Shown: positions 1-12,900 of the stretch, piece after piece | Numbering within the stretch: position 1 is the stretch's first letter | How the letters are laid out: each line of letters opens with the position of its first letter | Assembly: GCA_051294375.1 (NCBI GenBank) | Contig: JBJCIZ010000239.1 | Span: 3,463,828-3,527,827, forward strand | Direction of reading: 5' to 3' | Origin: Paraspadella gotoi | Lineage: Eukaryota; Animalia; Chaetognatha | Length of the DNA: 64,000 bases | Made by a program: the position numbers and the translations under genes | The notes under the pieces: generated by a model | The model's database searches: none | The model's input: the letters and a program-made list of their open reading frames with translations, nothing else | What the model was told of the DNA's origin: nothing

Positions 1-53
1 TTGAAAAAAGGTTATTTAATCGATCGCTTCGTCAGTCCGTCCGTCCGTCTTAC

Positions 54-769
54 CCTGATCCGTCTCTCCCTCTCTCTCCTGATGCTTCGGATGACCTCCA
101 ACGCCCTCTGATCGTGAGGTTGTTCGATCGAGTCTAACTTGTCCACGGGATATCTGAGGGTGATGACTAAATTGTGATTTCAATCTTAAGAAATTTAAAT
201 TGCAGTTAATTATTGTGTGTGTGNNNNNNNNNNNNNNNNNNNNNNNNNNNNNNNNNNNNNNNNNNNNNNNNNNNNNNNNNNNNNNNNNNNNNNNNNNNNN
301 NNNNNNNNNNNNNNNNNNNNNNNNNNNNNNNNNNNNNNNNNNNNNNNNNNNNNNNNNNNNNNNNNNNNNNNNNNNNNNNNNNNNNNNNNNNNNNNNNNNN
401 NNNNNNNNNNNNNNNNNNNNNNNNNNNNNNNNNNNNNNNNNNNNNNNNNNNNNNNNNNNNNNNNNNNNNNNNNNNNNNNNNNNNNCCCTCGTTATCATCG
501 CCCCTGGAATGATATTGATCCCCGGCATATTTTCGTTCATCCACGCGATCGCAGCGCCGCTCAACGGGCCGCCGTAGTTTCTAAACCAAACATAAAATCT
601 ACAGTAAGATCATTCAATGTTAAATGTTAAATTAAGAAGCCGAATGCAGCGTCGTTCCACCACCTCCTGCCGCTCTGCGTACAGCTCCTACAGCTCCTAC
701 AGCTAAGCCTGCTGCCGCTTCTCCTTCCTCCATTTTCTTCCCTTCCACTCGACTCAGAAAATTAATTGA

Positions 770-860
<91 letters not shown>

Positions 861-3208
861 TATTTTAAGATAAGCACTAGGCGACTCAAAAGACGAAGAT
901 AACAACAACAACTCAAACAAAGACGAAAAAAGACAAAGACAATGACACCAAAGGCGTCGACAAAGAACAGGGACTTGACAAAAGTGGTGACACACCTGAA
1001 TCCCCGACTGTCGAGCACGTAGCATCTCGACTGCCAAGGCTTCATGTTCTGCATCCAATCGGGTTCCACGAGTTCGTGGCGCTGGAGCTTGTCCAGCTCC
1101 TTGTACGGCTGGAAAAGAGATATATAAAGAGAAAAGAATGAACGAATGAAAAAAGAAAAAAAAATCAAGCATTCACTTGTTTAAAGGAAATGAACGAATA
1201 ACTAACGAAAATGAATGAAATTTAATCGATCGAACGACCTCGGGCTTCTGCCAGGGCATCGCCGACTCCGTGGGCCGGTCTTCGTCCTCGACCTTCTCCG
1301 GTTTAGGGGATCTGCGGATCGGACCCGCGATGGGGGGCTTGCCGGTCATCGGTCGTTCCTGGGGAAGAGAGAGGGGAGGGAAGAGGGAAAGAGGAAAGGG
1401 AGAGAGAAGGAGGAGAAATATAGAGGGGCTGAGAGGAGAGACAGAGGTAGTATAGGAGAGGGGAGAGGGGAGGGGAAGAGAGGGGAGAGAGGGAGGAAGT
1501 TAAAGAGGGAGATAGAAGAGGGCAGAGGGAAAGAGGGGAGAGGGAGAGAGTAAAAAAGGGAGAGAGTGCGAGAGGGAAATACGCAGGCCTCGTTTTCCTT
1601 TTTTTATGTTTTTTTGGTAATTTTTTGTGAAAAAAAAACATTTTTTCGACAAAAATAAAAAAAAAAAAAAAAAACGAAAGAAAAACTCAGCCAACCCAAA
1701 CTTTAAACACAGCCCCAAACCACAGAGCCTAAAGCCCAAAACATATTCACACACACTCTCTCCCTTCACAGCCCAAATCCCTCACGTGAAGGACTACGGG
1801 CAGATCGCTGATCATGTCCGAAATAACGACGGGCGGCGGCCGAGCGTAATAAGCGGCGGCGACCGGAACTCCGGCCAGAGTCGCGCTGGAACCAGCAACG
1901 GAAAGGCGGTTACTCGCGATACTGGGGTGATGGGCGACGCCAGGGGGCTTGGGGGCAACGCCGGGAACTGCGGCGCCGGGAGCTGGAGCAACGCCGGGAA
2001 CTGCGGCGCCGGGAGCTGGAGCAACGCCGGGAACTGCGGCGCCGGGAGCTGGAGCAACGCCGGGTTGTCCGGGAACTGCTACGCCGCCGGGGGTCGGGAA
2101 AGGCGCCGGCGCGCCGGGAACGGCGCCCGGAACGGCTCCTGCTTGCGGAGTCCCCGGTGGCGCGCCAGGCACGGTTGTAGTGGAGGGCAGAGAGCCAGGC
2201 GTTCCAGCTGGGGGCGGACCGGCGCCGGGAAACGCCGCCGCCGAGACGGGTTTTCCCGGCGTCGCGCCGGGTGGAGGCGGAGGCGGCGGCGGAAGCGGCG
2301 GCGCCCCAGGCATAAAGAGCGTTTGATACAGATCCCCAGGCCCTTGTGGCGGCGGCGGCGGAGGGGGTGGCTGCTGTTGTTGCTGTAACAGCAACTGCTG
2401 CTGCACATGGACGGGCTGGTGCGTCTGTCCTTCCATGTTCGACGAGAGGATTGGGTTATTGTGTCGATGATACGAGCTGCCATCCGAAGGCGTCGAGGCG
2501 GCCGACGGCATCTGCGACGGCATCTGGGAAGACATCTGCGACGGCATCTGCGACGGCATCTGCGACGGCATCTGCGACGGCATCTGCGACGGCATTTGCT
2601 GCATTTGTGACGTCTGCTGCATCTGTAGCATAGAAGAATAATCCTGCTGCGGCATATGTTGCATCGGTTGCGAAGGATTCATCCCCGGCTGCTGCATCGG
2701 ATAATTCTGTTGCGTCTGCTGCATCGATTGCATGTACTGCATTTGCTGCATGTCCATCGGCTGCGTTTGTTGCATGTACTGCATAGAATTTGGCTGCATC
2801 TGCTGCGTCTGCATGGCCTGCATCTGCTGCATTTGCATGGGCTGCATCTGCTGCGTCTGCATGGGCTGCATCTGCTGCGACTGCATGGGCTGCATCTGCA
2901 TGGGCTGCATCTGCTGCGATGGATCGTAGTTGAAGGAACGCTCGAGAGATGTCGTCGTCGTCGTCGTCGCTTCTTTCGTCGTCGTCGTCGCTTCTTTCGT
3001 CGACGTCTCGAGATTTTTTCTCTTCCTCTTCTCTTCTCCCGTCGTCGTGGTCGTCGTCGTCGTCGTTGTGGACGATCCGTTGGAATCATCGACGTCGTCG
3101 ACGTCGTCGGGATCCTCGACGAAAATCCTCGCAGGGCCTCCGGAGGCGTTCCTCGATCCGGTCGCTGATTTGGAGGCGGTGCCGAAGACGAAGGCGTTGG
3201 CGTTCACT

Positions 3209-3239
<31 letters not shown>

Positions 3240-3303
3240 TATCCTTCTTTTCGTCGTCGTCGTCGTTTTTGTTGTTTTCGTCTTCGGAGAACAAAATCAA
3301 GTC

Positions 3304-3346
<43 letters not shown>

Positions 3347-3808
3347 CTTCCATGGATTCGAGATTTTTTTAAGGAAGGAAGACGACTGTGTATAAAAGGG
3401 ATGGGTTAAATTGTTTAATTGATTGATTGATTGATTGATTGAATGATTTATTGTTTGATTTATTGAATGATTGAATGATTAAATGATGTTTTATTGATTG
3501 ATTGATTGTTTGAATGATTGTTTGATTGAATAATTGATTTATTGATTGATTTATTGTTTGAATAATTGATTGATTGAATGATTGTTTGATTGATTGTTCG
3601 AATGATTGTTTGATTGAATGATTGATTGTTTGAATTATTGATTGATGGATTGATTTATTGATTGATCGAATTATTGATTGATTTATTGATTGATTGAATG
3701 ATTGATGGATTGATTGATTGAGGGAAGGATGGCCAACCGTATCGTTTCCTCCGATTCGGATTCTGTTTCCCAATCCGACGAATTTACGAGGTCAATTTCG
3801 GAAAACAT
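54..3808 (-). CDS. Uncharacterised multi-exon protein: acidic/Thr, Gln-Met-rich and Pro/Gly-rich low-complexity N-terminal region followed by a globular-looking segment; 3' end lies off the window
   Basis: GT-AG exons, phase-consistent down to the N gap: 3738-3808 (MFSEIDLVNSSDWETESESEETIR; ATG inferred), 1786-3385 (ORF 1747..3300 frame, ends VVLH|GTGAG), 1239-1358 (ERPMTGKPP...PWQKPE), 996-1108 (PYKELDKLQRH...DSRGF), 486-580 (RNYGGPLSGAAIAWMNENMPGINIIPGAMITR, runs into N gap), 54-107 (RALEVIRSIRRERERRIR|GTAAG). Family not recognised. Confidence 0.8.
771..859. repeat. (AAT)n microsatellite, intronic
   Basis: Perfect trinucleotide run. Confidence 0.97.
1955..2065 (-). repeat. Coding 33-bp tandem repeat (GVAPAPGAAVP x3)
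   Basis: Three near-identical 33-bp units inside the large exon. Confidence 0.9.
2503..2916 (-). repeat. Coding repeats: (SQMP)n 12-bp array and QQMQPMQ-type array
   Basis: GGCATCTGCGAC x~7 at 2503-2597; CTGCATGGGCTGCATCTG-type units at ~2790-2916. Confidence 0.9.
3410..3720. repeat. Degenerate (TTGA/TGAA)n tetranucleotide tract filling an intron
   Basis: Direct inspection. Confidence 0.9.
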
Positions 3809-4157
3809 TTGTTTTTTAATTGGAAGATTTTATTGAATTGGTTCAGTTCGATTGCTCATTAGTGGTGACAATCTTGTTTACTTGGTAAGACCCGTTGGGT
3901 TTTCTATCAATGAAAAGTTTACAACTTTTCCATTGGGAAAATCTAATCACGTCGATGCTCTTTTGGTTTTTTTCTGCAATTGATTATAAAGGAGAACGAA
4001 GCGTCCTCTGCTTCAAGAATTGAAAAAAAGAGCATCGCCAAAAATAAAAAAAGATATCAGCTGGCTTTTTTGAATCTCTGTTAAATATTTATAGTCTTCT
4101 TTTAATTATTTCCAAAAATACTTAGAAGTATTTGTAACAAGAGGAAGAAGGAGAGTA

Positions 4158-4162
4158 GAGAG

Positions 4163-4237
<75 letters not shown>

Positions 4238-4323
4238 GTCATTTACCGTAACAAACCAAAAACTTTTTTTTTGGTCAGTAAATTTTACGATTGACATGAA
4301 AATCTTCATCTCAACCCCGGGAA

Positions 4324-4392
<69 letters not shown>
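4158..4392. repeat. (GA)n tract 4158-4233 and (TC)n tract 4327-4392
   Basis: Direct inspection. Confidence 0.95.
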
Positions 4393-4398
<6 letters not shown>

Positions 4399-4659
4399 CT
4401 TTGGTTTCCAATTTCTTGACGTCCTTCAGCTTTCGTTCCTCTCCTTTCGAAGAGAAAATTAAAAAATAAAAAAAACACAAAACAATCAGCCAAGTGAAGT
4501 TGGATTAAATGCAAAACATACAGAAGATGCAAAGCTTACATATTGAAATTATGACATAAGCCGGTAGAAGGTATCAATAAAACAAATAAATAAGTAAAAG
4601 ACTAAATTTAAAAGTATTTTTAAAAAAAAAAATAAAAATTAATGTTGCAAACGAAACAA

Positions 4660-6230
<1,571 letters not shown>

Positions 6231-6759
6231 CAAAAAAACTCAGATATTTCGTTTTTGTCGGCGGAATTCGTGACGGGAGAAAATCTCCAAAAATGAAAGA
6301 GAAGGAAATTTTCTGGTCGCGGAAAAGCGCGACTAATTGGAAAGCTTTTTGGTCTGTCGGTCTTCTTTTAGTCTATAAATAGTATTATATGAAAAATAAG
6401 TTTAGGAAGAAAAAAGTAATGAGAATGGGACAAAAATGGAAGAGAAAGAGAGAAACTTACAACATGTAACGATTTAAACAATATTGTTTTATATATATAT
6501 ATATATATATATTTAAAATTATATATTCTAAATTTTATACACACCTTTTTGAATAATTTGTTATTGATAAATAAAGAAATAAATTAAAAAAAAAAATTAA
6601 TTGATTAATAAATGAATTATAAGATCGCGAAAGATTTGAACGCTGGATTCCCCCGAGCTTCTTATTTTTCTTTTCGCCGCGTAAGTTATTTTTCAGATTT
6701 TGTCGTGTTTGTCATATATTGACGACGCAGGGGTTCCGGGGGGGGTCGTGTTCTCGGTT

Positions 6760-7169
6760 CGTTCGTTCATTCATTTGTTCGTTCGTTCCTTCGTTCGTCC
6801 CTTCGTCCCTTCGCTGGGCCACTCACTCCGTTTTTGACCCTAACGTGTTTTTTTTTTTTGCCATCGACGAACGCAAAAAGTCATTACGTCACAATTGACG
6901 TCAACGACAACGACAACAACAAAAAAAAAGAGAACTTAAAAGACTTTCTCCTTTTCTTCCCTTTCTCGTTCCGTTGAGAATTCAAGCGCGTGACGTTGCG
7001 AAGGAACCTTCGTTCCTCGCGATTCGCCGCTTTCCCCATCGTCTCCGTCGAAATCTCAGCGGCGCTTTTAAATTGTCGTTATTAACGTCGGTGTCGTCAT
7101 AATTGTCAGTTGTTTTTTTTTTCGGTTGTAGATTAATAAAAACCGAAAACTGAATAAAAGAAAGAAAAC

Positions 7170-7230
<61 letters not shown>

Positions 7231-7279
7231 AATGACGACGACGACGAGGACCGATATATTGACGCACGAAATTGATTGC

Positions 7280-7329
<50 letters not shown>

Positions 7330-7479
7330 TCTCTCTCTCTCTCTCTCTCNNNNNNNNNNNNNNNNNNNNNNNNNTTTTGGAAATAGTGGCGCCCTGGGGG
7401 GAGGGAGAGGGGGGGGGTATAGTTTGGCTTGCTTTCTTTCTTTCTTTCTATCTTTCTTCTTTCTGTTCTTTCTTTCTTT

Positions 7480-7511
<32 letters not shown>

Positions 7512-8100
7512 TTCTTTCTTCTCTCTTTCTCCTCTTTCTTCCATTCCTTGTTTATCATTTTAACTCCGCTTTTTTTTAACCTTTTTTCCTTTTATTCATT
7601 TCTTTTTTTCCTCTTTTATTTTCTTCTCCGTTTGACCACAAATAATGCGATTTGGAGCGATTTTCCTTTCCCAATTGCATCAGGAGATCTGAAGGGCAAA
7701 CACAAATCAGAGACCCAATAATTGAGTCGGTCAGTTACACGAGAAAAACAGTTTTAACAATAAAAATAATTTGCTATATCCTTGGTTTGCTAAGCGTTCG
7801 TTCGTTTTCGTTCGTTCGTTCGTCTCGTTCGTGTCCTTCGTTCCTTTCGTTCATCCTTACGTTCGATTCCTTCGTTCGTTTCGTTCGTTCGTTCCTTCGT
7901 TCGTTCATTTCATTTGTTCGTTTCGTTCCTTCGTTCGTCCCTTCGTCCCTTCGCTGGGCCACTTCACTCCGTTTTTGACCCTAACGTGTTTTTTTTTTTT
8001 GCCATCGACGAACGCAAAAAGTCATTACGTCACAATTGACGTCAACGACAACGCACAACAAAAAAAAGAAGAACTTAAAAACTTTCTCCTTTTCTTCCAT
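6760..8100 (+). repeat. Direct duplication of ~200 bp (6760-6960 vs ~7895-8100) across a 25-N gap
   Basis: Shared CGTCCCTTCGCTGGGCC...CATTACGTCACAATTGACGTCAACGAC...CTTTCTCCTTTTCTTCC; copies differ by small indels; gap 7350-7374 lies between them. Confidence 0.85.
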
Positions 8101-9737
8101 TCTCTCTCTTTTTCTCTCTCTGGCGACGCAAAAAGTGCGGCACGGAAAATATTCCCTACCATTGGCTTTTTTTTGCCCCCATTTTTTCTTTTTCCTCGAT
8201 TTAACCAACGAGATTTTATTTTTCGCCTTATAAATAACCAAAACGCCGCTTTTCTCTTGTTTTTTTTTGTTTTTTTTTTGTTTTGGTTTGTTTTTAGTCG
8301 CCGCCACTAACGCCTGTGAATGAACGCTTGAACAAAATAGCAAGGGCGCGGAAAACTCTATTTCTAATCGATAATCAATAATCCGAATATTCGCTAATCT
8401 CAAGGATATTTTACGTTAATCGGTCGTTGAAGAAAAAAAAAAACCTCAAAACTCCAGCGCCTGGAACTAAAAAGGAACATAAAAAAAGGGAATTAAATTA
8501 ATATAAATGTCAATATTAAACATAACGAGGGCCACTTTTCTCACTAGTTGGATCTATACGAATCCGACAAAGTCCTAACTTTAATTCGCAAAAACTAAGA
8601 CTTCCGATCGACGCCAAGTTAAATTCAAACAAAATAGCAACGAGTCGCAGAGAGAAAAAAANNNNNNNNNNNNNNNNNNNNNNNNNNNNNNNNNNNNNNN
8701 NNNNNNNNNNNNNNNNNNNNNNNNNNNNNNNNNNNNNNNNNNNNNNNNNNNNNNNNNNNNNNNNNNNNNNNNNNNNNNNNNNNNNNNNNNNNNNNNNNNN
8801 NNNNNNNNNNNNNNNNNNNNNNNNNNNNNNNNNNNNNNNNNNNNNNNNNNNNNNNNNNNNNNNNNNNNNNNNNNNNNNNNNNNNNNNNNNNNNNNNNNNN
8901 NNNNNNNNNNNNNNNNNNNNNNNNNNNNNNNNNNNNNNNNNNNNNNNNNNNNNNNNNNNNNNNNNNNNNNNNNNNNNNNNNNNNNNNNNNNNNNNNNNNN
9001 NNNNNNNNNNNNNNNNNNNNNNNNNNNNNNNNNNNNNNNNNNNNNNNNNNNNNNNNNNNNNNNNNNNNNNCATGACGACGACTTTTTTCCTGTTTTTTTA
9101 TTTGGATCGAAATCCTTGGGTCTTCGTCCCTTGCTTCGGTCTCATCATCTGCGTTTGAGAGAGAGAGAGAGAAAAGAGAGAGAGTTAAATATCGAGAGAG
9201 AGAGAGAGAGACGCACGGAGTCGCCTTAAAAAAAAAAATCAATCAATCGATTATTACAGAAAGAATACGAAACGGTGCATGTAGAAGATTCGTTGCAAGA
9301 CAACAAACAAATAAATAAACAAAACGAAATAAAAAAAGAAAACCGAGTGCCGAAACAACAACGACAACAAAAAAACAACAACAATAACAACGAAAAGAAA
9401 ACAAACCAAAAACAAAAGTCAAAAGAAAAAAAATTGAACATAAAAGAAAAGCGACAATTAAATCAACGAAAAGCAAGCAAGCAAGCAAGCAAGGAAAGCG
9501 ACGAGCGACGAGCCCGAACCCCGAGTCCAAACGGCGGCAGAGCTTGCAAAAACGTTAAAAAAAAAAAAGCTTGGTAGAGCTCAAGAAGGAATTTAAAACA
9601 AAACGGCGAATAATTTGATTCCTTCTCTTAAGCCTTAAGGTTGCGACATAATCGCTCAAGATTATTGAGAGAGAGAGAAAACAAAAAATCCCGATCTTGC
9701 GAAATAAAATCAATAAAGACGCTGCCTCTGTCTCAGA

Positions 9738-9780
<43 letters not shown>

Positions 9781-9916
9781 CCTCTCAGTCTTCCTATCAG
9801 ATAAAATATAAAATAAAATATAAAATATATAACAACAACAACAACAACAACAACAACGACGACGACGACGACGACGAAACCCTACCCCGCTATGCCTCAT
9901 TCCCAAACCCTGACCG

Positions 9917-12900
9917 ATGACTCGGACCGCGTTCCCTCGTTCTCTCCCGCACGACGCCGGTGACGCCGCCAACGGCGCCGTTTTCAAGATGGCGGCGGCG
10001 TCCGAGGCCAACAAGGTGGCGCGCCAAGATCGGCGCCGTCGGCGCTCTTCCCAGGAGAGCGACGGCGTCAACACGAAGAACCTGTTTAGGGCGTTGAACC
10101 TTGGGAAAGTTCGAACGGTGCAGCAGATTTTAGATTCGGGTAAGAGGAAAAGAGGAAAAGAGGGAAAACTAGGATATTTATGGCATCATGAAACGGTCTT
10201 TGACAAAATTGTTAGCGCTATATTCCGAAAGTGCCCCGTTTCTGTTCCTAATCGCTGTACCTAAATATTTAGCACTAATCTTTTAGCAAATATTTAACTC
10301 GATGCTTAACCTTAACCTATTACACTAACCTTAACGATTTCTTTGCCGTTGGTTCTCATATGAAATTGGTACAACCAATATAAAAATTATCCATTATCCA
10401 TAAATAAGCCATCTTGCCCCTTACTTTGGACAGGCTTTGGTGGTTTAAGGCCTTTCATTTGTTTCGTGCATTATTTACTATTCTCTTTTTTTACTCCTCT
10501 TTCAAGTATAGTAAATAGTCGTTTAGTTACTAATTTTGATTTATAACTTCATTCCAAGTATATATTAAGTGGTTATAATATAAAAAAATTATCGGTTCTC
10601 CATAATATTAATCATAGTATCTTGCAATTATGTCAACCCTCGATTGTCGTTGCCATTGTCAAATCCATCCACCCAAAAGGTCACGACATCAACTGCAGAA
10701 ACTCCGAGGGTCAAACTCCGTTGATGCTGGCGGTGGGCGTGGCCAAAGAGGATCTGAGAAATCACTTCGTCAGACTCATGCTCGGCCAGGTGATTAAGAT
10801 TGTTGAATCGCCAGGTAATTAATATTGCGAAACGCCAGGTGATTAAGATTGTTAATCGACAGGTGATAAATATTGCGAAATCGCCAGGTGATTAATATTG
10901 CGAATCGCCAAGGTGATTAAGATTGCGAATCGCCAGGTGATTAATATTGCGAATCGCCAGGTGATTAAGATTGTGAATCGCTCGAAAAATAATAGTCAAA
11001 CTTACCAAGCAAACCAAACAAAATTATCTTAGCCGGGGAAAAATAAAAATAATCTAAAAATATAGGTTAAAACGAATTAAAAACAAAAACATTTAAATAA
11101 CAATTGGAAAGGTATTGTTAAGAAATTGTAAACCAATAACATAAAATTAATTTTTTTACAAATTAATGTTCACTGATGGAAGGTTGTTCTTAATTGACAT
11201 TTAGAATTTTCGTATGTAACTTTCACTACGCTCTAGTGTATAATATACCGGTGTATTGAAGAGAATAATTACTTACGCCGCAAGGTCGGTGGAGTTAATT
11301 AAATTCCATTCTCCGTCAAACCCCTCAACCACCCCCCCAACCCACCACCCCAGCCACTCTGCGACGTCAACGCCCAAGACGCCTTCGGTCGAACGGCGTT
11401 GATGTATTCGTGCATAGAGTCGCAAAGAGAAGACGTCGTCCGTCAACTCGTCAAGCGGGAAGAGATCGATCCCAATGTGAGAGATCACGAGGGGAACACG
11501 GCCGTCATTCACGCCGTTCACGCCGGTCGGTGAAAAACAAATTGGGGGTGGGGGTGTGGGGAGAGCGAGTTTGTTGCAGAGGGAAGAAGGCGGGGGAGGG
11601 AGATTTGTTTTTCGTCCGACAATAAAAACAAATACATTCTTTAATTCATTTGCATATTGTAGTGTTCTATGTTGTAACGTAACAAATTATTATTCTTGTT
11701 CTTTNNNNNNNNNNNNNNNNNNNNNNNNNNNNNNNNNNNNNNNNNNNNNNNNNNNNNNNNNNNNNNNNNNNNNNNNNNNNNNNNNNNNNNNNNNNNNNNN
11801 NNNNNNNNNNNNNNNNNNNNNNNNNNNNNNNNNNNNNNNNNNNNNNNNNNNNNNNNNNNNNNNNNNNNNNNNNNNNNNNNNNNNNNNNNNNNNNNNNNNN
11901 NNNNNNNNNNAGGGATAAGACATTTGGGATAATTCTCATCGAGCCAATATCTTTCACAGGTAACGCCTCGGTCATTCGCATCCTAGTGAACAGCGTCAAC
12001 ANNNNNNNNNNTCCAACGACTTCGGGTCCGCGATGGCGTAATCGAGGACATTCACGCCGCGCGTGGGCGTGGCTTTGTTCAAACGTTGAAGGTCCGTCTC
12101 CATAAGGAGGTCGTACAACCTTCTCCCAGCAGAATTCGTCATTGCAGATCCAAGTTTCTCGTGGTTGGCGTTCAAGTCGCCCAAGAGGAGACTGAGGCAA
12201 ACGTCTTTCTGATCCTTTTCGAAAAAACTCTTTGATGGCATCAGTGTTGAGGTCTCGAATGGACGGCAATCCGGCCCTGCCCGTCGACGGGTGATTGTAA
12301 TAAGTCCCTAGTTTGATTTGATTTTCCTCGGGACGCTTCCACCACGATAGCCAAAGCGTCCAAAGCGTAGTTTTTTGGCTCCAGTGCGGGAGTTTCTTGA
12401 CCTCGAAGGCGTCGGGGACCAGAAAGGCCACGCCTCCGGCGTTTCCGGTATTTTTTTTCGCCGAAGAAGTTATCCTGGATGAGCTTGAAGCCGGGAATGG
12501 GTTCGAAACCCTTTCGGCGTCTATCGTCGTCGTCGTCGTCATCGTCGTCAGGATTGTAGTCGTCGTCATTGTAGTAATTTTTAACGTAGTCTTCGTCTTC
12601 GTCGTCGTCGTCGTCGTCGTCGTCGACGACGTAACGCGCGTCATTCAGGGAAAGAATGACGCCTTCTCTTCCGATTAAATATCTTCTTAAATCGTCGCGT
12701 CTCTTGCGAAGCCCAGCTACATTGAGATGTACTATCTAGGAAAAAAAGTATATGACATTTTTAATAAAGGATATCTACTCGAAAACTTATTTAATTTAAA
12801 AAAAAAATTAGAACGTTTCCGAATCTATATTGAATTTTCTCTCAGTAGCTTCCTTCTATTTTTTTTTGGTAGGTCAAATCGTTTAGAAGTTACANNNNNN

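Noticed and set aside
200-630. ORFs spanning N runs (also 8516-9242, 11556-11932, 14161-14736)
   Set aside because: Open only because of ambiguous bases
632-760. Short Ala/Gly-rich ORF end (MEEGEAAAG...)
   Set aside because: Flanking exons join in phase without it, and it ends in a stop inside the intron
3810-4480. Further upstream coding exons or stop-codon reassignment for gene 1
   Set aside because: Stops in all frames across 3810-4080; other exons give no sign of a non-standard code; more likely UTR or intron
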